DNA from: Phoronis australis
Lineage: Eukaryota > Animalia > Phoronida
Direction of reading: 5' to 3'
Assembly (NCBI GenBank): GCA_002633005.1
Contig: NMRA01000222.1
Location: 587,635 to 651,634, forward strand
Length of the DNA stretch: 64,000 nt
The position numbers were made by a program, and so were the translations under genes. The first letter of the stretch is position 1; every line of letters begins with the position of its first letter. The notes beneath the pieces were generated by a model. That model saw only the letters and a program-made list of their open reading frames with translations, searched no databases and was not told where the DNA came from. Positions 39,401 to 52,860 of the stretch are shown piece after piece.

Positions 39401-41762
39401 AAAATTGCAGAAGCTTGAAATAGCATGTCTAATACCGCAGGATGAACACAATGGATTTGGAGCTCGGGTAACATTTTGGATGGAACCTTTATTGAAACCA
39501 ATACTTCTTCTTGTGAAGCCCAACCCTTTTGCACGCCTTTAAGAGAGGGGCCATACTGAAAACCGATACTGCGTAGAGCCCCGTAAAAGCAGTCAGCGGA
39601 AATAATATTAGTTAGCCGCCATTTGATCAGGTCGATATTCCATGAAACCGTATCCTTAGGACCTTTTTCTAGCTTTACATAGCTCATCGAAATCGTCGCC
39701 TTGTCCTTTGTGACATTTAGTTCGTAAACATTCGATGCCTTTGGTGTAACTAATACGGTTAATTTTGTTTTGACATTTGTGTTCAATGGTGACAGAAGAT
39801 TTACATCTACCACACAATTTCTTAAGGTTACCCGTGAATCGAGAATTGTTGTAGTGCAGTGTAAAGCGATTTCTGCTTGAACACTTCCTGGCGCAAATAA
39901 GTCACTGAAAATTACGTGATCTCTGACAAACGTCAACTCATTAGCATCCAGAGTGACTTGGAATTTGGCTGGGTCTTTTGACAGCATCCGAATGAAAGGA
40001 TGAGACTCTGATTTGATGGCTTCCAGAGATTCGTTAATCTCGGTTTCCACAGGTTGCAATAGTCGTTGGAACTGATATCGTGGAATGCTAGTGTAGCTGA
40101 ATAGTTGGTTTTTAAATAACGTTTTCCATTGAATTGTTAGGCCATTTTGGTACAGTTCACAAATAGTCGACATAATTGTGTGTATTTCGGAATTCGGTTT
40201 TCCGGACGACATGTGTTTAAAAACCACAGAACGGCCACATATTTCAGCAATGTTTGCACGGAGAGCAGCTTTCGGTCCAATTTCAATGACAATGTTAATT
40301 TTGGTATCAGAAAGAGCACTCCTCAGAGCAACGTCAAATAAAACTGGTGCACGCATGTTTTCCGCCCAGTATTGTGGAGTGCATAATTTACCCAAAGCAA
40401 GTTCTCTTCCGAAGACAGTTGAGAACATGGTAGACCTAGAACTCGTTTCTGACGACCGCAGGTCACCTAATGCCGAAATGAGGCTTGGAACTATCGGGTC
40501 AACATGGTGACTATGGAAAGCTGATAAAACGGGCAAATTTCGTAAGAATAAATTCAATGTCAAGCTTTTGTCAAGGATAGTCAGTTTTTCAAACAATTCG
40601 TCCACGGCATCTGCGTCACCAGCCACGGTACAAGATGTTGGGGAGTTAAATGCAGCAATACACAGTCTCCCATTGAAAGGCTTACACATCTCTTTAACCT
40701 TATCAACAGCCAGTTTACCAACTACCAACATTTTCCCACCAACCACTGTGTCTTGAAGACGACCGCGGTGATATATGACTCTAACAGCCTCTTCAAGATC
40801 AAGGGCACCAGAAACGTACGCTGCAGCAACTTCGCCAACTGAATGACCTACTATGCAATGCGGAATAATACCCAAATTCTTAAACAGTCCGCAAATTCCA
40901 ACTTGGTAGGCGAACAATGCTGGCTGTACGATACTCGGGGGAGACGACTCTGTTAACTTGGAAATACTGTCTACCAAGCTATTTCCAGAGAGCTGCTTGA
41001 AAATGTCGCTGACAGTTTTAATTTTACTGTGAAATGTTGGATAACGCTTCATAAGCTCTATTGCCATTCCTTCCCACGTGGTACCCATTCCACAAAATAC
41101 AAATGTGATTTGTGAATGTGCAGGATCAAAACTTTGGCGTGGATCTCCCAAAAGACAGCTTTGGAGATTGAATTCAAGTTCTTCGAGAGAGCTGATTGGA
41201 AAAGCTGTTCGGTATGGATAGTGATTTCGCTTCACAGTGCTAGTGTACGAAAGGTTTTCTAATGAGTACTTTGAAACTCTTAATTTGTTCAGATAATACT
41301 GAATATTACTCTTAAGACTTTCCGGGCTCGTGGCAGACATTGCAATAACTAAATGGTCGGTTATTTGTACGTTATCATGAGATACATTTTTGTTCACAAT
41401 GCTTTCCACCAAAACATGGGTATTGGTACCACCGAATCCAAATGAATTCAGGGCAGCTACGCGCTTACCGTGTTTGTTTGCTGACCATTTGTATACCTCT
41501 GTTGCCACACTCAAATTATGTTCTGCAAACTTAATGCTCTTGTTAGGATTTTGCTTATAATGTAAGGAAGGTACAATCAGAGCATGATTCATCATGAGCA
41601 ACACTTTGATCAACCCTGCCATACCAGAAGCCGATTCCGTGTGTCCAATATTCGATTTGGACGAGCCGACGTAACAAAGTCCATTGCAGGGATCACGAGT
41701 CATCCCGTATGCTTCTATCGTTGAAGTGGATTCTGCAGCATCACCAACCCGAGTTCCAGTCC
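36451..41762 (-). CDS. Iterative type I polyketide synthase, terminal exon (KS C-terminus, AT, DH, pseudo-KR, degenerate ER, KR, ACP; no TE)
   Basis: Uninterrupted 1783-aa ORF. KS motifs GTGTRVGD, KSNIGHTESASG, NSFGFGGTNTH; AT motifs FVFCGMG, GHSVGE, AFHSH; DH motifs HVIFSDLFAPGS, HPAVLDMLFQ; KR motifs YLVIGGHTGLG, GNPGQTNYGAAN; ACP motif MGVDSNLA, then stop. Acceptor tatttcAG|GG at 41764/41763; the first 13 aa of the tracked ORF are intronic. Confidence 0.95.
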
Positions 41763-42275
41763 CTGAAATATATTTCGAATGCAGAACAACACAAGCATGC
41801 AAATTTTGTATGTGGATACACGAAGTATTGAGACTATACCACGACTAATAGATACACAACAAAATGTAGTCATACATGTACATGTACATGTAGGGCAAAT
41901 GGATAGGTGGAATTGTAAGAAAAACGCTAAACGGTGTTCGAAGGTGACGACGCCGAAGCCAACATTAAAGTCATATGATCCGTTTTAAAACACCATGAAT
42001 TTGCATTTAAACCATTGAAACATACTTTCTGATACTTAATTAGATCTTTTCGTAAGTATGAGATCAATCTACTGCCTGTATATACCCTTACAAAAATTGA
42101 ACTTAAGTTTCCTTTATGTTGAGTTGTATTCGTAAGGCAGTTTCCCCCGGAAGTCAACTGTTTGAATTTTATAACCGACAGTCAACTTCGAAGAAAAAGT
42201 CGTGTGTTGGCTAGCCCGCGACAATGAAGGTTATATTTCTACGAGCAGAGCCAGCAAGAAGACATTTCAGAAATT

Positions 42276-43061
42276 GGTAATTCTTTACACTATGACGACA
42301 TTGACTTACACATATGATTTTGGTATCGTTCGATTTCTTTCATCGTTATCTTTCCAAAAATATATGAATGTATCCCCTACCGCGTTTCCTCCGTATTTTA
42401 TTGTCGAATTTCGGTTTGCACTATTTCCCGATTGACACCGCCCTGTTAGCTCAACTCAAGATTACAGCGACACCTGTTGTTAATGAATGAAACAGCATCA
42501 TCGATTCTGAATGGTGTTTGCTCGCGCGAGATTCCCGCTAAAGTTTTCCCGACATAATATGGAGAAACAAGTTGCGGCATTTCACCTTTTTCCATTTTTT
42601 TATAATTGTGACCATTTGACCATTTTTCCACGAAACTGTTTGAAGTGAAACCCTTTTCACCAAGTTGGACCTCAGAAACAACCTCCGCTTTTTCGTGGAT
42701 TCTTGCTAGCAGATGCGTACATGTACCAGGGTCACCATAGGATCGAATTCGAACCCTTGGGACCGTAACTCAGGCAGAGGATAGACGGGTCTCGGTCAAT
42801 TTGAACCTATGAAAAGCGACAATCTGCTGAAGTCGGTAGATTAGTTCAGTTTTTGACCGCCACGTGACTCCTTCCATTCCAACATGGCGGTGTTATTACC
42901 GAGTACCGGGAAATAGTACGAGCAGAAATTTCACGATAAAATACAAAGGGAGCAGGGCAGGAAAGAATCCGTTGTACTTTTAGAAAGATAACGTTGCAAG
43001 GAATCGAACAATACCGAAATCACATCTGTAAGTCAATGTCGTCAAATTGTAAACAATTACC
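42276..43061. mobile_element. MITE with about 175-bp TIRs and 8-bp TSD (Merlin-like)
   Basis: TSD CAGAAATT at 42268-42275 and 43062-43069; TIRs begin GGTAATT; empty site near 62690. Confidence 0.85.
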
Positions 43062-43501
43062 CAGAAATTTTGGAAGTCAGATTAGTGCCAGAGAGCGTTC
43101 TAAAATCGATTGGCCACAATCGGTTCTGTGCTTTCCAACGAACGTGTTATGTTCAGCCACTCACGAGTCACGCTGTTACATGCCGACATGAACTCATTCT
43201 GTCTGTGAATTATCTAAGCTTCTAACGCGTAATATACTTCTGGAGGCCAATAGGAGGAAGCCATGACGTTCACATAAGACTATTACTGTACTAATTATAT
43301 TTCTGTCTTCTGAGGTTGTGTCAGTGAGCATCAATGCAAGGGGGGGGGGGACTACCAAGGCAAAGTCTAATCATTTCCCAAGTTGGGTATATTGGCATTG
43401 GTTGTGTGTGCTTATGTCTATGTTCGTAGTAATTCTTCGAAGCTCCTGATTTTGAAATCTCATATCACTACAAGTCAATAATTTGCAAGGTTCACTTGCC
43501 T

Positions 43502-43733
43502 CATCCACGCACCCACCCTATAATATGGGGGTGCTCAAAATTTTGGGCATGTTGACCTTTTACTAAAAACGGGGTATGTTCAGAGCTGTGCACAGTGCAT
43601 TCTTGAATTACAGCTTTTTAGTGGACTTGTGTCTCGTTTTCTCAGTTTTTTTGTTTCTTTGAGGCTGACCTTTTCATGCCTACTTTGGCAAGTGAGGGGG
43701 TGCTCGATCGAGCCTCCCCTGGGTGCGCGCATG
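43502..43733. mobile_element. CATG-terminated MITE with 5-bp TSD
   Basis: TSD TGCCT/TGCCT; absent from the paralogous site near 63140; relatives at 7526-7721 and 61926-62185. Confidence 0.8.
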
Positions 43734-44428
43734 TGCCTGGTTCTCAAAAATAAGAATCACCAATGTAACTATTGTGTTGCCTAGTTTGACTGATTTGCTC
43801 AGGTTTGTCGAGAGGATCTAGGTTATTGAATGGACATCCCGATCCCACTACTAGTACTCTATCTGGAATACCCCCCGGCATAGGTCACAATGTACCCATG
43901 GGAACTCTCACCAGTCAACATGTTAACTATTGTTATGCACAGTGAAACTAGCATAATTCCTGTCTAATTGCACCAAATAATTCAATGCAAATAAGGAAAA
44001 TCTGTGTGATTTGACTTTGGGATTGAGTAATACTATGTGCTTTCGAATTGTGGAATACTAGAATGTCGCAAAAATTTGCATATTCAGACTTAAAATTTTC
44101 ACATTCATTGCGAGTTCGACTGGTTTTATTGAAATCAAATATTTCAGTGTCATGGTGAAAGTGGTAGTTAATCTGCGTACATCTTTACCTAGGAGTTGAG
44201 TTGAGTTGAATATGGACTGACTATGTCTGTAGGGGCATATTCTTTTCCCTCAAGAAATTTGCTTGAAACCTCAATTTAATATCTTTGCAAATGTCACCCA
44301 GTAAAGCGATTGGTAGGAGTACAGGATATAGTATTTTTATGTTTACTGTAGTACATGACATAATAATTTTATTATTATTGTAAACTATGGTTACGTAAGA
44401 CCTCTCGTGAAGACCATGCCAGAATCTT

Positions 44429-44600
44429 CAATGGTGGATTCAGAGGACAGCTAAGGGGCCATGGCCCTGGCCTCCTAAAACGCTACAAGATCATTTGGCA
44501 GTTGGGGGGCAGGGGGTGAATGTGTGATGGGCAAAACCCTATCTAATACTCTGCCGTAACCCCCGCAACTCAAAATCCTGGATCCGCCCGACCGCCCCTG
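44429..44600. mobile_element. CAG-terminated MITE with 5-bp TSD
   Basis: TSD ATCTT/ATCTT; the copy at the same position in the duplicated block (63874-63995) has ATTTT/ATTTT. Confidence 0.75.
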
Positions 44601-45932
44601 ATCTTTACATGGATAACATTCCCTGTAAATGGGTTACGTCTGGATTCTTAAGAAGCTATCACATACTGTTATGTTTGCTAATATCTCATTGTTTTCAGGC
44701 CTCTATTAACTTGGTGGAGTACTTGGAAGAACTAGACATCCAAACATTTGCATCGAAACAATCACCCAGGGGTGGTATTGGGCTGTTTACATCCACATGG
44801 CAGGTGGAGTTTCATATGTTTCATTGTTGAGTTAGAAATAGTACTGCTATCAGGGCTTGAATTTGAAACAATATGAAATATGCCCTTGGTTTAGCCAATG
44901 GGCTTATAATCTTTAACAAACTCACTGATTCTTGTAGCCATTTGGTCAAGTCAGTGTAAAGCTTCTTGGTTTTGCTATAAGTTTCAAAAAGTACACGCGG
45001 AAGTATACATGTGAGATTAAAGTTTCAGTTCTAGCCCTGGTTGTGCCGGCTAAATGTCCATGAAACATTCGTAAGACGACATTTCAGTTCTATGCTGGCT
45101 GGAGACAGCTAGTTAGAATACAACTAGCTCTGCTCATTCTGTAGAGTTGTGCATTGTCTTATCAGATTAACGAATTAAATAATGAAAAGTTCATCAAAAT
45201 AATGGGAATTGTAGTTTATTGAAGTTGCCAACAGTTTCATCATTTGATAAAAATGTTAATTAATTTGTCATAGAACTTGAACTAAAAAGTTACAGAACAC
45301 GATAACTGGTTAGCCTGAAGTCCAACTTTTATTAACACATTAAGTTTTGTCACATGCACGGTTTGTTCTAGATTGTGATAGCATGGTAGGTGACCATGTG
45401 CATGTTTTGTATTCAGTTTGTGAAGAATAAAATTGTTTTGAATGTCACGAATCCAGGATTAAAACTTCATTCAAAACAGTATGTGGAAAATTGACTCACT
45501 GCATTGCATGCTTGGAGTAAACGTGCAGACTAGTCTTGCACTTGAATCCTGGAGAGTGATTGGTTAAATTTTGACTTTGAAGACTATTTTCTAGGCTCTC
45601 TATACAAGTCTGGAAGTTTTACAAATCAGTGTTGTATAAACAGTACGATAAATATTCAGCAAGTTAAGTTGTCTTATACAGATACCGTTTACCCGTCTGT
45701 TATTAAAATTTGTTGTCTTCATTACAGAGTGCGCCTTTAACAATCGTTGGATAAGGAAGGCTACCCAGACAACACAACGTACGCACTTAAGAACTGTAGC
45801 TCATGAACCTATGAATTCAGTTATCTGAGCTCAAAAACGCGTGTTTGTCGTCACAAAACATGGATAATTTGCCCGTGAAGTTAAGCGAGCAGATCCAGCT
45901 AAAGAAAATTAAGTGACTTGTGGTCAAGCATA

Positions 45933-46422
45933 GGGCCCTTTCACATTGGCTTAACTGTTGTCTGAGTGGAGCATCGACGTATACCACGAAGTTAACTGGA
46001 CCTTTCATTCTGGCTTCGGTAGTTAATGAACTTCGAAGTAGGTGACGCTGTCGTGATCGAAAGTATCGCAAGGGAGCACTGCACGCTAAGATGTGACAAT
46101 TTGGAAACATTTACATGTGTTAATTGACATAAAACTTATTTTTAAATTGATTGGTGATTATTAGAGCAAGGTATAAGCAACTATTAGCCATCCCACTACT
46201 ATGCAATTGTTAATGATAACAGTGGCCCCTGGCAATAACTTCGATACGACCGAAGTTGATCGTTAATACTGCGCCACAGCGTTGACGCAAAGCACTTAAA
46301 TCCGCCTGTTTATTGCGAAGTTAACTAACGCTGTTAACTTCCTTCCAGGACCAAAGTTTAAGCGTTCATACTGACATTAACTCCCAAAAACGTCGACGCG
46401 TCGATGTTAGTATGAAAGGCCC
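45933..46422. mobile_element. PIF/Harbinger-like MITE; partial copies near 24930-25255 and 57760-58080
   Basis: GGGCCCTTTCA...TGAAAGGCCC ends with TA-containing flanks; three diverged copies share the CGAAGTT/AACTTCG-rich body. Confidence 0.65.
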
Positions 46423-47256
46423 TAAAGATATGTGTATGAAATTCAGTAGCTTTATATTAAAGGAAAAAGAATACTTTTGTGGTCAAATGTCTAAGTTTTC
46501 CATCTCGTATAACCAGGTTGTACTTAGGGTTACTTTTAGTGAAACTTGTTCGCACGATGAAAACTTCATTTTTGTAAGGGTATTTTTGCTTTTATTTGTT
46601 GTTTTCTTAAAGGCTGCGTGATCAAAACAAACGAATGTTACCCATGCTCTATGGTTTGACCTTTAGAAAATTCTAGACAAATAATCTGCTGTTTAAGGTA
46701 TTGCTTCGGAGAAGAGAAGTTCACCTTAGCTAGGTAATCTATTCGTTTCTTGAACATTTTAGTGGCGATATTGCTCTCTGTATGAAGCTGAACAGCAAAA
46801 CTATTACGCTTAGAATTAGATGAAACCATTACCTGGGGGAAATTACGTACTAAATTTGATTTGTGCTCGAGTCATGTAAAATCTACAGTGTAGCCTAGCC
46901 CTAGCCCTAGGCCTATCAATAAATGTTATGACTAAAACTGAGTGTAATGCTACTCTGGTTGTAGAGACCCTGTTTGTCAAGCGATGGTCTTGGGTTGGAT
47001 TTCTACTTGCTGTCAAATTTCAAACTTGAATTAAAATATTATTCGTTGATTTTAATTGCCATAAGGAAAACATCGTCTATCACCAGGGACTCCGTAATCT
47101 ACTAGCCAGCTAGCTAGTCTACTTGAACATAAACCAGCCTCAGGTTAATTGCAAGCCAATTTGGGAAGTGTTGGTTGACTGAAGGTTGTCTTAAAAAAGT
47201 AAGATCATACTGGCAAAACAATGCATATAATGGCTATCATTCAGCGGAGAAATCTG

Positions 47257-47503
47257 GGGCCTGTTCCAAGAAACTGACTTAAGTTCATTTTTGACTTAAG
47301 TCTAAGATTTGTCTTAACTTCCGAACTTTGAAACTTCCACATTTGAATAGTTGGTCAAAATTAAGACAAACTTAGGTCATACACTTAAGTCAAACTTAAG
47401 ATCTTTTTCTTGATTTGGTTTTGAGACAAATTCAACTTTTATTTTAAAATTTACTAAAATTTAAGATTCGTCTTAGCTAAGTCAGTTTTGTTGGAACGGG
47501 CCC
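47257..47503. mobile_element. Harbinger-like MITE
   Basis: GGGCCTGTTCCAAGAAACTGACTTA / TAAGTCAGTTTTGTTGGAACGGGCCC; CTG/TTG flanks; internal ACTTAAGT repeats. Confidence 0.7.
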
Positions 47504-49004
47504 TTGGTTCTCAAAGTGCAGGACCTTGGCAGTGGCTATATCATTATTGCAGGACTGTATGCTATGAAAGATACCTCCTCAAAGGCAAAAAGTATCGCCA
47601 AAAGCAGATCAGTAGGGCATTAATAAATGTTGATCAGGTTGCATCTCAGGTGACTGGGTGTTTTGGCTTTGCATTATCGGTGGTATGGTCCCGATAGGGT
47701 AAATAAGAGCTGGGGGACATGGGAAGATTGACCCAAGTGGTTGCTTTTATCTTATTTGCCCCTTCTTGGAATTTTAGTATGCGACAAGGGCCTTTCCTGA
47801 AACTCATTTTATCATGAAGGCAGACTGGGAATTTGTGTGATTGTAATCTTTTTAAAGGATCATCGTAGTGTGCATCAGCGCTGCATCAGCAACAAATAGC
47901 ACGACTCAAGCAACAGTGACAGCATGATTAGAGTATCGAGGCATGTGCAGAGGAATGGGTTTAGGTGGCAGTTGATCTTTGGTATCATTACATGCAGGTG
48001 TGCTCTGAATTCAAGGCAAGAAACACTCTTGTTTCATACGCAATGGAACCGGTTCCTACAAAACTTTTGTGTTATCAAGTCCCTCTTGTTGTTTTCTTTC
48101 ATCAGTAATCATACAACTTTAATAGGTAACAAAACTGAAAACCTGTACTAAAATGCATTGCTAAGTAGCACCAGTGTTCCTGGTCCTGTGCAAAACATAG
48201 TCCACATCTCGTCCCCGCAGGGGTGATTCAAAATGTCATGCAACCGGAGAATCCACTGAGTCCTAAATAAGGTAAGCGGGGCCCCTGTGTCGTCGCTTTA
48301 GGTGCCCCTGAAAAGTGGTGGTGACACGTTTTAATTTAATGCTTGCCGCTCCAAGCAAATACAGTATATCCATGAGACGTGCCGCTCACTCGTGTGGAAC
48401 GTACTTTAGTGGTGCCCTGATACGGCTTTTCAGTATGATTGAAAAATGTCCGCGGGTAACTATGTGATATCGAAATATGAGGCGGGTCGCTTTTAATGGG
48501 GTCTAAATTTCATGTGAACTACTGAAAAAACTGTCAAGATTTGGAGCATATGAATCAATGACAAGTTTTTAAAGTTCATTAGGGCGTTCTCCCGTTCAGT
48601 GACTGTACCAAACAAAAAGCGGCTGTGAACGTGTGGTAACATTTAGCTCCTTTGTTAATTGCAGAGAATAGCCTTTTTGTGGTATTAAAACATGCAGGCC
48701 AATTATCTACCAGGTTTTTACCGATCACATATGAACACAGTCAAATCAGCGCGTTATATGTTTGGACAGGATAGATTGCTTTACCGTCGATTGTAGTTGG
48801 GTGATTTTGGTGATGCAAACACTACAAGCACGATTAGTATTTGTTGGGGAATTCAGAAATGTTAGCGGTTGATGTTCAAACATTTTCTAACTTAAATTAT
48901 TTTAACAGAACAGCCTAGTTAGGCTAGATACGATCTTATCCGGGATTAGAGCAATTATAGAACAAAAGAGAGCTGACCCTCAAATCCAACTGGCGATTGG
49001 CCCA

Positions 49005-51800
49005 TTATCCTATAGGATCCTATAGGATTTCTATCGGATCCTATAGGATTTCCTATTGGATCCTTTAGGAAATCCAATAGGATTCTATAGGAATCCTTTA
49101 AGATACCATATAGGAATTCTTATAAGACTTTTAAGAAATCCATCAGAATTTCCCCATCATAGCATTTTTAATGCATACATAATACAACAAAACAACAGTG
49201 TTCTCAACAAAAGAAATTATTTGGAAACATGCAACAGGAACACAGGCAACCTCAAAATTCTTGTAGAGCAGTTTACTCTGTTCTTAAACAAGGTCAACAG
49301 CAGGATATCTATATATGTTACAAATGATGCACTCAACTGGGGCTACAAAGGACTTGTGTGTTCTTTTTTTGCTTTTCAAAACATGTTAAAGGAGCATGCC
49401 ACTCAAAAAACAACCTAATTTGTATCAATTTAGATCGAGTAGTTCTACTCCATAACGACACGTACGGTTGCGTTAACTGACACCTGACGGCAGACGGAGG
49501 TTTTGAAATTATCAAATGACGTCATCGGTTTCACACGCAGTCTTTTCAGCAGTTCACAACACGGGTTACTGGTGTCAGCTTATCGCATGAATTCATCGTT
49601 AAACACCAATAAATCATAACACTTCAATGTAAAACCCTTAAAAATACACCGAGGTCTTATAAAAACGTGTTGTTTTATTTCGCTTTTACGGATTTATTGG
49701 TATTTGGACACACCGTAGCCTACAAAGTTCGGTAGGCCAATATTGTCCGTAGCAGGAGTTTGGGGTCTGTTCGGAGATAATTTCGAAGTATTTTTCGTGA
49801 AATACAGACATGAGAACCTAGATCTGTGTTGTTTAGGCTAGTGATTTTTTGAGTTCTAAACACAAAACGCTTGTCAATCTGGCCAGTGGCTCGGAGCCTG
49901 ATCAAACCCGTCGCGGCCGGCTGGATTGACTCGTTATCCCGGCCAGTGGCTCGGAAACTGATCAGACATCACGAACATAAACCAGCCAAAGTTCAGTGGA
50001 AACTAAACTTGCAGTCAAGAAAATATTATACTAGTGGGCCAAAGAAGAAATGTGCACGTGATTATGTTGGTGAATTAGCCACGAAACTGCAAATCTACTT
50101 AGTCGTCGAGACCGCGAATTCAGAGGTTCCGCTTTGGCCATAGCATAGTCTGGGCAGAAGTTGTACATTGACAATCATTATTTGAGTAATGTAAATTTAA
50201 ATAAAGATTCCCCTATCACCTGGCCGTGGGATGGAAATCGAGTTGTTTCACCACAGTTTCTGTCAGCAAACACTAAATTAGCATGAGCTTACACGGTCTC
50301 GGTGTCCCGTTAACTAGTTTTATTGCACCTAAAGCTGGTAACGCAGTGATTTATTCATTGCTGGCTTCTCAAACCATTTGCACTCACGAAAACTCCAAAG
50401 GCATTACAAATTGCATCTAATGAGACAGACTTTGATTCATTTTTTTATAAGTATTGGTAAGGGTGAGAATAATTCATTTTGAAACAGAACGCTCAGTAAT
50501 AAACACCAACATGGCAACTCGCAATCCTGACTTAGGACGAGCTAGAACTCATCAGTCCCGACTTCGCAGGTGGATCGTTAAGTTTTACAGGCTATCAATT
50601 CGAACATGAATACGGTGATGAAGAAAAACTAGAGAGGCGCCGTGAACAAGCTCAGACAACGGAACGTATGTAGTTATTTGGTAAGCCGGCGTTCGTCAGG
50701 CACTGTCGACGTCTGCAGGCCACAGACACGGAGATGTTTCACGGCCTCATACTGGCTATTTACAGCGTACATTTCATTCTTCACTACCATGAGCCACTTC
50801 CTAAGCATTTCGGACTTTCGAGGAAGTAAAAAAATACGATATACCCGCTTTCCTCGTAGCTGCTTAGTTCGGACAAGCGGGAACAATGCACGGTTACATA
50901 GCGTTATTCACTGTGCATATTAACCACTGACGTCTCTAGCGTCGTGTCTCACCTTCCTCACGTGTTATCGCGACACCTATTGGCAAGGTAAGGTCAACCG
51001 TATGCGAGACGATGTGGATATAGACCGATTAAGACGGCAAAAAGACTAATTAAATCGGGTGGCATTCTCCTTTAAAGTATGTTGATATTTAAATGCTGAA
51101 TGCTATAGGTTTTTATAAGTTTCTCTTAGATAGTCAAAGCTGTAAGCTTATGTCGAGTGTTTTAATTGCTGTTAAGATAACAGCTCATTGAATTGCATTT
51201 CCGTGACACCTGTCCATTTTAGCCACGAAGCCATACACACAATCAAAACGTTAGACACACCACTATAATTTACAATTCCAGAAATGAAACAGCTTTAATG
51301 GCTGCTATATAGTTTACCCTTTTATGTTATGTTTTCATCTAGAGGAAGTTCAGTAGGATTCTATGAGTTCAATAAGATTCTATAGGAAGTTCAATAGGAA
51401 TCTATATGAAGTTCATGTTGAATCCTATTGAACTTCCTCTGGAACCCTATTAAATTCCAATGGGATTGTAAATGAAGTTTTATAGAATTCTACACGAGGA
51501 TGAAGAGGTTCTTATAGGAAGTTCAATATGATCCTATAGGGAATCCAATATGATTTCCTATAGGATAGGATTTCTTTTTGAATCCTATTCGAATCCTATA
51601 AGATTTCCTAAAGCATCCGAAAGAAAATCTTATAGGATTTCCTATACGATCATATAGGAATTCTTTAGGATATCCTATAAGAAACCCTATAGAAAAAAAT
51701 TCCCTATAGGATATTTTTCTATAGGAATTCCTTTTGGATATCTTGATGCCATAGGAATCCTATAGGAAATCGATATTCCTATGGAATTCCTATAGGAGTG
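49005..51800. repeat. Paired arrays of palindromic TCCTATAGGA units (about 49005-49145 and 51340-51800), foldback-like
   Basis: Dozens of degenerate CCTATAGG copies at about 10-11 bp spacing in two blocks. Confidence 0.65.
50511..51071. mobile_element. Internally deleted Kolobok relic: convergent KolX exon 1 (+) and THAP exon (-)
   Basis: Plus strand GYQFEHEYGDEE...TG|GTAAG (donor 50681); minus strand CIVPAC...FLLPRKSEMLRKW...LRVCGL (50899-50710); CCT|TTAA end at 51071. Left end not found. Confidence 0.65.
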
Positions 51801-52860
51801 CTACAGTTGTCAATACGAGTTGTTCTGTCTTGGAACTTTAGGGGTTTATTCCGCCATGTTTTTTTTCTGAGTTTGTATTTCCTCAAGTGCGGTTTCCGTA
51901 GACGTTAATTAAACATTACGTAGAAGGTGTAACGATATTGTGGTGGTTGCTTAATGCTAATGGTATAGTTTAGACTTAGTAACTTAGACTGTTTTTTGTA
52001 AACGTTTCAGAAAACCGATATGAACACCGATGCAATACGATGTATCAACGTTTGAGCAGCAATATTGTTATAGCGTGCCATGGAATCGACAGAGACTACC
52101 ATAGCTCCAGGGCACATCTTTGTATAACCAGTAAGTGAGAATGTAAGATAAGGCCCAAACTTGAGCACAGCCTAGGGACCAGTTATCGTTAATCCGCCTC
52201 TGGTGTTAACACAACCATAAAATATGGATAACACCACCTTTTCAACAGCGGCGAAGTACCGACATTTAACATGGAAGAATAAGCGGAGGCCATTTTTCAA
52301 CAATGAAAAAGTGACCCCGGCCATTTTGTCACGGGGGTCAAAATTTAATGTTACACAGGCTTAGCCGATATAAAAACTCTGACGATGACACTGCCAAGGA
52401 CGCCACCAAACACGACCAGGCCAATATAAACGTTGACGACAACGATGATAGCTTAGATACACAGATGTTCATACAGTGAAGAAGCCTACGAAACCCTTAA
52501 TTTAAACGAAATAAAAGTTATGTGGTAACGATGCGAATGAGGATGACGGGAGTCGTGACAGTGATAACGACAGCGGTAATAAGGACAAATATTTATTAAA
52601 TGATTATACATTTGAAGAAAATCAAGGTACACGTAAGCACAATCGACAAGCCACTAAATAATTATAAGTCAAGAAACATAAAACAATCGATAATTTTGAG
52701 TAACTCGCCCACACTAGAAAATCCGCTCTTAATATTTTATGAAGAAGATGTTACTGAATAAAATTCTAAACAGTCCAAACTTAAATGGTAGTTGCTTTTC
52801 AAAAAGTTTACAGCCTTTCGCTAACAAAGCAAATAAGGTTTTCAAAAATGTTTTGCTTAC

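Larger units (their letters stand above)
42055..44605 (+). repeat. Copy A of a diverged direct duplication (copy B 61308-64000)
   Basis: Collinear similarity throughout once copy-specific MITEs are removed. Confidence 0.88.
41763..52860 (-). other. 11,098-bp GT-AG intron of the PKS gene, filled with TE relics
   Basis: Canonical donor and acceptor with matching phase between the two PKS exons. Confidence 0.88.

Noticed and set aside
36451-41762. Bacterial contamination or recent horizontal transfer of the PKS because of the 5.3-kb intronless stretch
   Set aside because: It is spliced to an upstream exon through a GT-AG intron, has composition similar to its surroundings and sits among animal TEs; no operon-like neighbours.
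41763-41802. ATG at 41802 as the PKS start codon
   Set aside because: It would omit most of the KS domain; a canonical acceptor at 41763/41764 and an in-phase upstream exon explain the ORF better.
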